Positions 1 through 9,951 of a stretch of DNA of 64,000 nucleotides are shown in pieces. The notes under the pieces were generated by a model that searched no databases, was not told the origin of the DNA, and saw nothing but the letters and a program-made list of their open reading frames with translations. Source of the DNA: an uncultured Bacteroidia bacterium. Lineage in GTDB: Bacteria; Bacteroidota; Bacteroidia; Bacteroidales; UBA932. How positions within the stretch are numbered: the stretch's first letter is position 1; each line of letters starts with the position of its first letter. The position numbers and the translations under genes are program-made. The stretch is taken from assembly GCA_902784785.1 (NCBI GenBank), contig CACZWF010000003.1, forward strand, positions 2,129-66,128. Direction: 5' to 3'.

Positions 1-13
1 TAAATTTTCACTT

Positions 14-3000
14 ATGAAAAGACTACATTTCAAATCCATCCGAATCCTCTCGCTGCTGCTCTGCGTCTGGGCAGCCTGCCTGCCGTTTTCGTTGCAGGCG
101 GCATCCGGCCAGTCGGTCAGCGGTACGGTAACGGATGCAGCCGGAGAGCCGGTCATCGGCGCTTCCGTGATGATTGGCGGTACGACCCGTGGTGTCGTCA
201 CCGACCTGGATGGCAATTACTCCATCGGTGGATTGGTCGATACCGATGTGCTGGAAGTGAGCAGCATCGGTTTCGCCACGCAGAGCATTCCCGTGAGGGG
301 ACGCAAGCAGGTGAACGTCATTCTTGAAGAGGACACCAACTTCCTCGACGAGGTCGTTGTCGTGGGTTATGGCACCACCACCCGTAAGCACATTGTCTCC
401 TCCATTTCCAGCGTGAACAGCGAGGCCTTGGCCGACCGTCCCGTTGCCAATGTGCAGCAGGCTCTGCAGGGAGCCGCCGCCAACCTGGTTATCCAGACGG
501 GCAGTTTTGACCCGACCAACAGCAGTATGAACATTTCCATCCGTGGCGTCAGCACGATGGGCAACAATACGCCGCTGGTCGTCATAGACGGGGTGCCGCA
601 GGCGGATGCCAGCCGGATGAACGACCTTAACCCCAATGATATCGAGTCTGTCAACATCTTGAAGGATGCCGGTTCCTCTGCTATCTACGGGGCTCGTTCC
701 TCCAATGGCGTCATCCTGATCACCACCAAAACAGGAAAACGTGAGAAGGCTCCCGAGGTGCGCTTCAGCGCCCAGGCCGGCGTGCAGAACCCGCACATTC
801 TCTACAAGCCCGTTCCTTCTTATATGAACGCGATGCTGCGAAATGAATCCCTTGTCAATGTCGGTCTGGACCCCATCTTCACCATCGAAGATATCCAGAG
901 TTTCAAGGAGAACGGCGACTCCAAGCCCTTGGTCGAGCAGGCGATGCGGAATGCCCTTCAACAGAACTACAACCTGAGCATTACCGGCGGTACGGCACAT
1001 ACGACCTATATGATTTCCGGCTCGTTCTTCAACCAGAACTCCAACTACATCGGCCCCCGCTATGGCAATGACCGGTATAATCTTCGTACCGCCGTCACGA
1101 CCGAGTGGGGACGCTTCAAGGTGGGCGCCAATGTGAGTTATACCCGGCAGGAAACCCTTTCCCCTGTGACCAGCGGCCTGTTTTTTGCCGACCTGGTCCG
1201 TTTCCCGACCTATTATTTCCTCCGTACGCAAGGCGAATACAACGGACAGCCCGTTTACTTTGCCAACAACTATAAGTATGGCAATCCCAGTGCCGTGTTG
1301 GCGGAGTTGATTTCGGGCGGTTCCAACAAGTACGACAACGAGTACTTGACCGGTACCTTCAATGCGGATTTTGAAATCATCGAAGGTCTCAAACTTCGGG
1401 CGGTGGTCAGCGCGGAAACCCGCAACGAGCATCGTTTCACCGACAAGCACGCCTACCTGGTCGCCACCGACGACGGTCCCAACTGGTCCAATCCTTCTTC
1501 GGCAGTGCTCGGCGGCAACACCACTACCCCGGCGGGTGACTGGACGGGCCGCAGTACGTATCTCAACACGCAGGTGTTGCTGGATTTCAACCGGACCTTT
1601 GCCCGCGACCATTATGTCAGCGCTTTGCTGGGCTGGTCGCAGGAGTCCAACAAAAATTACTCGACGGGCGTCGACAAGAGTTATCTCAACGATCTCAACC
1701 AGCCCTCTTCGGACACCGTCATCGAGGAGAGCACCTATCTCTCTTCCCAGAACAACAGCGCCTATGCCTTGCGTTCTTTCTTTGGCCGTGCCAGTTACGC
1801 TTATGCGGAAAAATATTATATCGAACTGACGGCCCGCTACGATATGTCGTCCAAGTTCCTCAAGGTTCGCAACGCCGGTTTCTTCCCCGCCATCTCCCTA
1901 GGTTGGCGCGCTTCCGGCGAATCCTTTATGGAAGGCTACCGCAATGCCTGCGGCGATCTGAAAATCCGTGCCTCCTACGGTCTGAACGGTAATCAGCAGG
2001 ATGTGGGTCTGTACGACTTTATGACCACCTATGGCGTCTGGTCCAATGCCTATGCCTTCAACGGAAAGGCGGTCTCCGGACTGATGTTCACGATGGGTAA
2101 CGAGCTGCTGACCTGGGAGAAGGCCCGCACCTTCAATGCCGGTCTGGACGCCTCCTTCTTCAAGAATACCTTGAATCTCAATTTCGACTGGTTCTACAAA
2201 CGCACGTCCGACATCCTGCTCCCGTCCATCGTCACGGGTATGTACGGCGCTAGTATCGCCAAGGAGAACCGCGGTGTGATGGACAACACCGGTTGGGAAC
2301 TGACGATTACCTACGACCTGAACCACGACACCGATTTTCATCACAGTTTCTCCTTCAACCTGGCCGACTCCAAGAACAAGGTTATCAAGTATGGTACTCC
2401 TTCCATTGCCCCCAACGATGGTGTGACAGTCATCACGATGGAGGGACTTCCGCTCAATTCCTACTATGGTTACAAGACGGATGGGTTCTTCTCCACCTAT
2501 GAAGAAATCCTGCATTCTCCCGTTCCCAGCGGCATTGACCGCACCCAGCTCCGTCCCGGCGACGTGAAATATGTGGACATCAACGAAGACGGGGTCATCG
2601 ACGAGAGCGACCGTACCTACCTGGGTTACGGCTTCCCGCGCTACACCTATGGCTTCAGCTACAGTTTCAAGTGGAAGGGAATCGACTTCGGCTTTATGCT
2701 GCAGGGCGTCCTGAAACGCACCAGTGCGGTGCGCGGCGAGCTCTTCGAGCCTTTCCACGTGGATTATGGTACCACGATGTACACCCACCAGATGGATTAC
2801 TGGGCCCCCGACAACACCAATGCCAGATGGCCCCGCCTGACGGCGTATGGCTCCGTGAGCCAGGTGAACAACTGGGGACAGCCCGGTTCGGAACTCAATA
2901 TGCTGGAAGGTGCTTATCTGCGCGTGAAGAACATCCAGATCGGCTATACCTTCCCCAAGGAATGGACCACCAAGTTCTACTGCCAGAGCCTGCGCATCTT

Positions 3001-3157
3001 CTTCGACTGCCAGAATCCGCTCACCCTCACCAAGTACGGATTCGTCGACCCCGAGAGCACGGAATTCGGCAGCAATATGGGACGCGGCGGCGCCAACTCC
3101 ATGCGTAATTATCCGACCCTTCGCTATTTCGGCGGCGGTATCAACATCGTATTTTAA
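14..3157 (+). CDS. susC: SusC/RagA family TonB-dependent outer membrane transporter
   Basis: N-terminal CarboxypepD_reg-like domain (VSGTVTDAAGEPVIGASV), plug motifs (PLVVIDGVP, NPNDIESVNILKDAGSSAIYGARSSNGVILITTK), barrel ending in GINIVF; followed by SusD. Confidence 0.97.
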   Translation: MKRLHFKSIRILSLLLCVWAACLPFSLQAASGQSVSGTVTDAAGEPVIGASVMIGGTTRGVVTDLDGNYSIGGLVDTDVLEVSSIGFATQSIPVRGRKQVNVILEEDTNFLDEVVVVGYGTTTRKHIVSSISSVNSEALADRPVANVQQALQGAAANLVIQTGSFDPTNSSMNISIRGVSTMGNNTPLVVIDGVPQADASRMNDLNPNDIESVNILKDAGSSAIYGARSSNGVILITTKTGKREKAPEVRFSAQAGVQNPHILYKPVPSYMNAMLRNESLVNVGLDPIFTIEDIQSFKENGDSKPLVEQAMRNALQQNYNLSITGGTAHTTYMISGSFFNQNSNYIGPRYGNDRYNLRTAVTTEWGRFKVGANVSYTRQETLSPVTSGLFFADLVRFPTYYFLRTQGEYNGQPVYFANNYKYGNPSAVLAELISGGSNKYDNEYLTGTFNADFEIIEGLKLRAVVSAETRNEHRFTDKHAYLVATDDGPNWSNPSSAVLGGNTTTPAGDWTGRSTYLNTQVLLDFNRTFARDHYVSALLGWSQESNKNYSTGVDKSYLNDLNQPSSDTVIEESTYLSSQNNSAYALRSFFGRASYAYAEKYYIELTARYDMSSKFLKVRNAGFFPAISLGWRASGESFMEGYRNACGDLKIRASYGLNGNQQDVGLYDFMTTYGVWSNAYAFNGKAVSGLMFTMGNELLTWEKARTFNAGLDASFFKNTLNLNFDWFYKRTSDILLPSIVTGMYGASIAKENRGVMDNTGWELTITYDLNHDTDFHHSFSFNLADSKNKVIKYGTPSIAPNDGVTVITMEGLPLNSYYGYKTDGFFSTYEEILHSPVPSGIDRTQLRPGDVKYVDINEDGVIDESDRTYLGYGFPRYTYGFSYSFKWKGIDFGFMLQGVLKRTSAVRGELFEPFHVDYGTTMYTHQMDYWAPDNTNARWPRLTAYGSVSQVNNWGQPGSELNMLEGAYLRVKNIQIGYTFPKEWTTKFYCQSLRIFFDCQNPLTLTKYGFVDPESTEFGSNMGRGGANSMRNYPTLRYFGGGINIVF

Positions 3158-3174
3158 ATTAAGGAGGAAGAAAT

Positions 3175-4830
3175 ATGAAAAAGAATTTTTCCTTTCTGAC
3201 GCTTGCGCTCATCTTCACCGCCTGTGTGGGGCTTGAGCAATATCCGACCAACTCCTTTACGGATGAAACCTACTGGGAGTATGAAGAAAATGTGGATGCC
3301 GCCCTCAACCTGGGTTACAGCCAATGTTGGAACGACGGTCTCTACTGGAACAACAATATGCTTTCGGACGATGTGTATGGAAGCCGGCACAATCCCGACA
3401 ACCTGGCCATCGCCACGGGTCTGGCCAATACCCGCAACGGTCGTTTCTCCAGCGAATGGAACGGCTGCTACCAGGAACTCCGCACGCTTCATACGGCCTT
3501 GGACAATCTCCATCGTATGAAAATCAGCGACGCCAAGAAAGCGCGCTATGAGGCCGAATGGCGCCTGATGCGGGCCTGGACTTACCTGCGCCTCATCACC
3601 TGGTTCGGCGACGTGCCTTTCTTTACCACCAACCCGACCAATGCGGAAACTTTGCTGATGACCCGCAAGAGCGCAGACGAAATCCGTGCCTTCATCCTCG
3701 AAGAACTGGAATTTGCGGCGGGCCGCTTGCCCAAGAACACCCAGATTCCCGCAGCGGAGAATGGTCGTTATACCTGCGGTACCGCCGTGGCCATCAAGGC
3801 ACGCGTGTATTTGCTCAACAACGACTGGGACGGCTGCATCCGTGAGTGCGAGCGCCTGATCAACGGAACGGAGTACGGCAGTTATGCCCTTGCTCCCGAT
3901 TTCGCCGAACTGTTCAGAACCGGTCACTACGGCCCAGAATCCATTATGACCATTGAATTTGCAGCGGACGGCGGCGTGGAGAAAATTGTCCGCGGCTGGG
4001 GCGTCGGCACCTATATCCCCCAATCTATCGGATCGGGCGGTATCGTGAGTTTCTCTCCGACGCAGGAACTGGTGGATTGTTTCCGCAAGACCAACGGCAG
4101 CGTGGCCGCTTCGACCGACTATGCCGACCGCGACAAACGCTTCTATGCCACCTTGGCTTACAACGGATGCCAGATTGAAATCCCGGCCGCCATCAACGCC
4201 AAGGTCATCGGCAGCGAAGGCGTGGGCAAAGGGACCTATACCTGCTGGACCAAACGTGATAACGCGGATTATGCGCGCAGGACCGACCCGGCGTTGATGG
4301 ATGACTACAATGGCAGTCAGGACCGTACTGCGACGGGCTACTATGCGCTCAAAAACTACGTGGCCGAGACCATCGGCCCGGGCAGTTCTTCCTACAAACC
4401 TTTGATGGAATTCCGCTATGCAGACATCCTGCTGATGTATGCCGAATCCCTCTTCGAGAAGAACGCTACCCTCACCACCGCCCAATGGGATGCGACCATC
4501 GGAGCGTTGCGTCATCGTGCGGGATTTGACAATGCCTACTGTGCGATGCCCTCTTCCGGTCTGCGCGAGGCCATCCGTCTGGAGCGCCGCTGCGAGCTGG
4601 CCCTCGAAGGCCGCCGTTGCTATGACCTTCGCCGCTGGGCCTTGCTGGACAATCCTTCCCTGGCCGAGACGGGCGGTTACTACCTGACGACGACCGCCAC
4701 GGGCGCTCCGTTTATGGATGATGGTTCCCCCATCGTCTGCCAGAACCCTTACGCCATCAAGTATTGGTTCCCGATTCCACAGAGTGAACTGGAACAAGTC
4801 CCGCAGTTGGGTCAGAACCCCGGATGGTAA
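3175..4830 (+). CDS. susD: SusD/RagB family surface glycan-binding lipoprotein
   Basis: Lipobox FTAC; SusD motifs (LMRAWTYLRL, FRYADILLMYAE, IRLERRCELALEGRR, PIPQSE..QNPGW). Confidence 0.96.
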   Translation: MKKNFSFLTLALIFTACVGLEQYPTNSFTDETYWEYEENVDAALNLGYSQCWNDGLYWNNNMLSDDVYGSRHNPDNLAIATGLANTRNGRFSSEWNGCYQELRTLHTALDNLHRMKISDAKKARYEAEWRLMRAWTYLRLITWFGDVPFFTTNPTNAETLLMTRKSADEIRAFILEELEFAAGRLPKNTQIPAAENGRYTCGTAVAIKARVYLLNNDWDGCIRECERLINGTEYGSYALAPDFAELFRTGHYGPESIMTIEFAADGGVEKIVRGWGVGTYIPQSIGSGGIVSFSPTQELVDCFRKTNGSVAASTDYADRDKRFYATLAYNGCQIEIPAAINAKVIGSEGVGKGTYTCWTKRDNADYARRTDPALMDDYNGSQDRTATGYYALKNYVAETIGPGSSSYKPLMEFRYADILLMYAESLFEKNATLTTAQWDATIGALRHRAGFDNAYCAMPSSGLREAIRLERRCELALEGRRCYDLRRWALLDNPSLAETGGYYLTTTATGAPFMDDGSPIVCQNPYAIKYWFPIPQSELEQVPQLGQNPGW

Positions 4831-4846
4831 ACCTTAGGAGGATAAA

Positions 4847-5989
4847 ATGATGAAAAAGATATTCTTTATAGCATTGACCCTGATTCTTGCCGCTTCCTGC
4901 CAGAGAGCCGGACGGCAGATCAATGAGAACATCGTGCCCGGTTCCGGACTCTACCTGCCGGTGAACGATGCCTATTATGACCTCTCTACGGGAAAAGCCG
5001 TGAGTTTCGAATGGGGTCCCGCGATGGCGGAAGACAACGGATATGTTTCCTATGAGGTGCTTTTTGACCGTCCCGGCGGTGATTTCTCTTCACCCGTCGG
5101 CCGTGTCGCCGGGCAAATCAACGGTTCCCGCAACTATGTGACGGTTCCGGCCAAGACCCTCAGCAAGATCGCCCGTCTGTCCGGTATCGGCATCTATGCC
5201 GAAGGAACGCTGCAATGGACGGTCCGTGCGTCCAAAGGCGTGGGGGGCGTGGTTTATCCTGGAGCGAGAAAAGTGATGGTCCGGACGATGAATTCGATGG
5301 ACCCGCTGCCCGTTACCGTGGGTGTCAGCGGAGCGGCGGTGGAGGATTCCTACAATATGGCTCCTTCCCGCGGCATCGACAAGAGCGGAGCGCCCGAAGG
5401 CGTATACGAACTCTTCGGCCGGATTGCGGGCGGCAGTACCTTCCAGATCAAGGACAACCTCGACCGTTACTACGTCCTGAATACGGACGGTACGATTCGG
5501 GCCGCTTCGACCGCGACAGACACGCAGATTACGGGCGGCAACGACATCCGTTGGATTCAGTTGGATTTCAGCAGCATGACCTGGTGGGTCAAGAGCGTCG
5601 CCAAAGTGGAGTACTATGCGGCGGCATGGACGGGAACGATGATTACCGACCGCAGGCAGATGACCTACGACGGCAAGGGCGTGTGGAAACTGTTGGATTA
5701 TCCCAACACCGTCTCGCTCAACGAAGCGGGCGACACCCGTCACCGTTTCGACATGACGCTCGCCGACCAAAGCGTCGTCTATCTGGGTACGGAGGCGCCC
5801 CTTGGTACGGATTACACGACCGACTATATGCGCGTTTTCCTCTATACGGACGAGACCATCGGCAGCAAGGATTGGGACAAGACTTACAATTACCTCCCCG
5901 CCGATGCCGGCCGCAAACTGGATATATTCCTTTATATGAATGCAGACAACCCTTCGGGCTCCTGGTGGCACGAATACAATTTCAAATAA
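4847..5989 (+). CDS. SusE-like surface glycan-binding lipoprotein
   Basis: Lipobox AASC; SusE-type N-domain (FEWGPA..VSYEVLFDRPGGDFSSP..WTVRA); C-terminal module with MTYDGKGVWK motif; position after SusD. Confidence 0.8.
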   Translation: MMKKIFFIALTLILAASCQRAGRQINENIVPGSGLYLPVNDAYYDLSTGKAVSFEWGPAMAEDNGYVSYEVLFDRPGGDFSSPVGRVAGQINGSRNYVTVPAKTLSKIARLSGIGIYAEGTLQWTVRASKGVGGVVYPGARKVMVRTMNSMDPLPVTVGVSGAAVEDSYNMAPSRGIDKSGAPEGVYELFGRIAGGSTFQIKDNLDRYYVLNTDGTIRAASTATDTQITGGNDIRWIQLDFSSMTWWVKSVAKVEYYAAAWTGTMITDRRQMTYDGKGVWKLLDYPNTVSLNEAGDTRHRFDMTLADQSVVYLGTEAPLGTDYTTDYMRVFLYTDETIGSKDWDKTYNYLPADAGRKLDIFLYMNADNPSGSWWHEYNFK

Positions 5990-5995
5990 GCCGTT

Positions 5996-7282
5996 ATGAA
6001 AAGATTCAACATACTATCCTTGCTGACGCTTTCTCTGGTGCTCGTCACTTCCTGTGACGATGACTATATGGCCATTACCAACCCGGATGCAGGAAAAGGC
6101 CGCAAGGCCGACGTCGAGACTCGCGAGTACATTCTCCATCCCCTCGACTGGGTCAGTGCGGCGGACAGCATTTCCGCGGCTTTCGTGGAACGTTTCTATT
6201 GCTCGACCGAGCGCCGTGGGGAGATTGACGTATTCTCCTACACTTCCTACAACAACCGCGGGGATAACGGCAGCTGTTACTGGCAGCAGGCCCACGCGAT
6301 GGCCGCGATGGTGGACTGGTACCTGCGTATCAAAGAGTCCAACCCCAACCAGGCGGCTGTCCTGAAAGATTATATGTCCCGCTGGTTCGCCCAAAAGGGC
6401 AACAATTATGCGGCAAGCCGCTTCCGCGGTTCGGCCGGGTTCGGTAACAACTATACCGACGATACCGCCTGGAATGCCCTCGCCTTGCTTCAGATGTATG
6501 AGGCGACCGGCGACCATCGTTATTTCGAGGCGGCCGAGTCGACCTGGAAAGAGTGTATCCGCACCCGTTTCCCCTTGAACGAATATGGCTGGCTGATCTG
6601 GATTCTGGATGCCGCGGAAGCCGGCAAGAGCCAGAAAGAAGCGGACCAGACCCTGGAATGTACCAACGGACCTTCCAGCATCATCGCGTCGATGCTGGCC
6701 CGCTTTGCCAAGGATGCGGGCGACGAAGACGCATACCGGGAATACCTGCAGGAAGCCTACCGCTGCTTTGACCAGAACCTCAGCGTGATGTCTCCGCTGG
6801 GTACCCTCGGCAACGTTCCGTTGAGTTATACGCAGGGTACCTGCATGGAAGCCGGACGTCTGATCTGGCACCTCACCGGTGAGACGGGATATCTCAAGAA
6901 GGCCATTATGGCCGCCCGGGCGCAGATGAGTGAGGAAATGTGCGAAGTGTACAACGGTGAATTCCTGATGCGCAACGAAGGCGCCGACTACAACAACGCC
7001 ATCTTCCACGCCGTCTTTTACCACTGGGCCTCCCGTATGGTGCTGGACCGCGACATTGACGCCGTGGACTCCACGATTCGCAAGGAACTCCAAATTTTCA
7101 TCAAACGTCACTGCTGGTATTATTGGACCCGTGGTGTGGACAAGAAAAACTGGAACGACTCCTATTTCAGCACTTGGAGCTATCGTCCCCGTGCCTTGGG
7201 TTCCGGCGGAGAACTGGGTGCCTATGCCAGCGCCGCCCAGGCGATGGAAGCGATGTGTTTGATTAACGGTGAAAAATTATGA
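5996..7282 (+). CDS. Glycoside hydrolase family 76 endo-alpha-1,6-mannanase lipoprotein
   Basis: Lipobox VTSC; GH76 catalytic di-aspartate (YTDDTAW), CTNGP and SYTQG motifs; PUL context with GH125 and GH92. Confidence 0.88.
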   Translation: MKRFNILSLLTLSLVLVTSCDDDYMAITNPDAGKGRKADVETREYILHPLDWVSAADSISAAFVERFYCSTERRGEIDVFSYTSYNNRGDNGSCYWQQAHAMAAMVDWYLRIKESNPNQAAVLKDYMSRWFAQKGNNYAASRFRGSAGFGNNYTDDTAWNALALLQMYEATGDHRYFEAAESTWKECIRTRFPLNEYGWLIWILDAAEAGKSQKEADQTLECTNGPSSIIASMLARFAKDAGDEDAYREYLQEAYRCFDQNLSVMSPLGTLGNVPLSYTQGTCMEAGRLIWHLTGETGYLKKAIMAARAQMSEEMCEVYNGEFLMRNEGADYNNAIFHAVFYHWASRMVLDRDIDAVDSTIRKELQIFIKRHCWYYWTRGVDKKNWNDSYFSTWSYRPRALGSGGELGAYASAAQAMEAMCLINGEKL

Positions 7283-8463
7283 CGAATATGAAGAAGACAG
7301 GTTTAATTGTTCTGGCGCTGCTCCTGCTGTTGGGCCCCGCCTGTACCAAGAGAACGGTGGATGACACGCCCCTGACGGCTCCCAAGTCTATCGTCTTGCC
7401 GCGCGATGCCTATCCTTTGGACCTGGGCACCGGACAACCTCTGACCCTCGAGTGGGACTACTCCCTGGGCGGAAATGTCCGTTATCAGGTCGTGTTCGAT
7501 AAAGCAAGCGGCGATTTCACCAATCCCATCTATGCCATCCTGAGCGACAACGGCGGCTTCCTGCCTTCCGTGACCATCAGCGCCGCGATGCTCAAAAGCG
7601 TCGCCCGCCTGGCGGGTTGCGAGGTAGGGAAGAGCGTGACCGTACGCTGGACCGTCCGCACCTTCAAGGGGTTGGAATATGTGACCGGCGTACAGGACGG
7701 AGGTCCTCGGACGCTGATTCTCACCCTTCCTTTTGAAGTGGATCCCCTGCCTTTGACGGTGACCCTCAGCGGTACGGCGGTAGAGTCCGGCAGCCGCGAG
7801 ATGGAACACAATCTGGATGTGAGCACGGATGCTTCCGTAGTTATCTCGGAGCGCAGCACCACGGTCTTCGCCTCCTTCATCAATATGACGGACGGAACCC
7901 TGCAACTGACCGATGAGCACCAACGCAAGTTCCGTTTGACGAATGACGGTAAAGTGGCCGCCTTGGAAGGTGACGAGGTTCCCGCCTCGCCCGTCCCTGC
8001 CAATCTGGTTTATCTGACGGTTGATTTTGAGAAACTCGTCTGGAAGGCTGTCCCTGTCAAGAATATCTGGTTCTGGAACCGTCCCTGGGATGTGGACAAC
8101 GCGTATCAGTCGCAGATGATTTACCAAGGAAAGGGGGTATGGAAGGTGACAGTCGATTCCTTCAAAATAGCCCTTGAAAAGAATCCCGGTTACGATTCTC
8201 GTTATCATTTCCGCATCGACTATAACGGCGCGGATACCGACCGCATCGGCCCGGGCAAGAAAGATGTCAATGTCAGCGAAATCGGCTCGGAAGGTTATTA
8301 CAACGCCTACCGCTATTCGGACGCCTATTCCTTTGCCGGCGGAGACCAGTGGGCTTATTCCTGGAAGACGCCCGAAAACGATGACTGGAACAATCATTCC
8401 GTGACCGTCACCCTCACGATGCGGGGTGAGACCTATACCCATTCGATAACCCTTAACAATTGA
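7279..8463 (+). CDS. SusE-like surface glycan-binding lipoprotein (paralog of 4847..5989)
   Basis: Lipobox GPAC; LEWDYS..YQVVFDKASGDFTNP..WTVR domain; C-terminal MIYQGKGVWK module. Confidence 0.8.
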   Translation: MTNMKKTGLIVLALLLLLGPACTKRTVDDTPLTAPKSIVLPRDAYPLDLGTGQPLTLEWDYSLGGNVRYQVVFDKASGDFTNPIYAILSDNGGFLPSVTISAAMLKSVARLAGCEVGKSVTVRWTVRTFKGLEYVTGVQDGGPRTLILTLPFEVDPLPLTVTLSGTAVESGSREMEHNLDVSTDASVVISERSTTVFASFINMTDGTLQLTDEHQRKFRLTNDGKVAALEGDEVPASPVPANLVYLTVDFEKLVWKAVPVKNIWFWNRPWDVDNAYQSQMIYQGKGVWKVTVDSFKIALEKNPGYDSRYHFRIDYNGADTDRIGPGKKDVNVSEIGSEGYYNAYRYSDAYSFAGGDQWAYSWKTPENDDWNNHSVTVTLTMRGETYTHSITLNN

Positions 8464-8472
8464 TAAGAAGAG

Positions 8473-9942
8473 ATGAAAAGGCTGATACTATTGGCTGTGA
8501 TGGCGCTGGCCGCTTCCTGTGGGCAGCCTTGTGGAAAAGATAATCTGGCGGTGGATGTGCCGCAGGCTTTGATTGAGGCCCAAGGGCCGCGTGACTATAC
8601 CTGCCGGCGACCCGCCGAACAGGACCGTTTGTTCACCTCCCGGGCCGTGGAGCAGACCATCGCCCAGGTCCAGTCCCAGTTGACCAATCCGACCCTGGCT
8701 TGGATGTTCGGCAACTGCTTCCCCAACACCTTGGACACCACGGTGCATTTCCGGGAAGACAGCGACGGCTCTCCCGAGACCTTCGTCTATACGGGCGACA
8801 TCCACGCGATGTGGCTGCGTGACTCCGGCGCCCAGGTGTGGCCCTACGTCCGCCTGTGCGGAGAAGACGAGCCCCTGCGCCTGCTGATTGCCGGTGTGAT
8901 TAACCAGCAGTTCAAACTCATCACCTTCGACCCTTATGCCAATGCCTTCAACGACGGGCCTACGGGCGGGGAGTGGATGTCCGACAAGACGGATATGCGT
9001 CCCGAGGTGCACGAGCGTAAATGGGAGATTGATTCCCACTGCTATCCCATCCGCCTGGCCTACGCCTATTGGAAAAAGACGGGGGATGCGAGCGTGTTCG
9101 GCGCTCCTTGGCTGGCCGCCATTCAATTGACGCTCAAAACCTTCAAAGAACAGCAGCGTTTCGATGGTTTCGGCCCCTACACTTTCCAGCGCTGCACCGA
9201 GCGTCAACTCGACACCAAGTGCTGCAACGGCATGGGCGCGCCCGTCAAGCCCTGCGGCCTGATTGCTTCCGCGTTCCGTCCTTCCGACGATGCGACGACC
9301 TACGAATTTCTGATTCCCTCCAACTTCTTTGCCGTGAGCGCTCTGCGCAAGGCGGCCGAGATTTTGGAAACCGTCAACGGGGATGAGGAACTGGCCTCCG
9401 AATGCCGCTCGCTGGCGGACGAGGTGCAGGCTGCCCTGAATCAATACGCGGTCGTGAACCATCCCGTCTGGGGAAAAATCTACGCCTTTGAGGTGGATGG
9501 CTTCGGCAACGCCTTGATGATGGACGATGCCAACGCCCCCAGCCTGCTTTCCCTGCCTTATCTGTGCGATGTGCCCCTCGATGACAAGATTTATCAGAAC
9601 ACCCGCCGCTTTGTCTGGAGCGACAGCAACCCTTATTTCTTCAAGGGAAAAATGGCGGAAGGAATCGGCGGTCCGCACATCGGTTATGATATGGCTTGGC
9701 CGATGAGTCTCATTATGAAGGCCCTCACTTCCACGAAAGACGCTGAAATCAAATCTTGTGTCGAATTGCTGATGCTCACCGACGCCGGAACCGGATTTAT
9801 GCACGAATCGTTCCATGTGGACAACCCGGCCGACTTCACCCGTCCTTGGTTCGCCTGGCAGAACACCCTCTTCGGAGAGTTGATTCTGGACCTGATTGCC
9901 AAAGGAAAACTTGATTTGCTCAACTCCATAACCGTAGAATAA
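8473..9942 (+). CDS. Glycoside hydrolase family 125 exo-alpha-1,6-mannosidase
   Basis: GH125 motifs FPNTLDTT, TGDIHAMWLRDS, ERKWEIDS, MDDANAPSLL, HESF, FTRPWFAWQN. Confidence 0.94.
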   Translation: MKRLILLAVMALAASCGQPCGKDNLAVDVPQALIEAQGPRDYTCRRPAEQDRLFTSRAVEQTIAQVQSQLTNPTLAWMFGNCFPNTLDTTVHFREDSDGSPETFVYTGDIHAMWLRDSGAQVWPYVRLCGEDEPLRLLIAGVINQQFKLITFDPYANAFNDGPTGGEWMSDKTDMRPEVHERKWEIDSHCYPIRLAYAYWKKTGDASVFGAPWLAAIQLTLKTFKEQQRFDGFGPYTFQRCTERQLDTKCCNGMGAPVKPCGLIASAFRPSDDATTYEFLIPSNFFAVSALRKAAEILETVNGDEELASECRSLADEVQAALNQYAVVNHPVWGKIYAFEVDGFGNALMMDDANAPSLLSLPYLCDVPLDDKIYQNTRRFVWSDSNPYFFKGKMAEGIGGPHIGYDMAWPMSLIMKALTSTKDAEIKSCVELLMLTDAGTGFMHESFHVDNPADFTRPWFAWQNTLFGELILDLIAKGKLDLLNSITVE

Positions 9943-9951
9943 TTTTTCCGA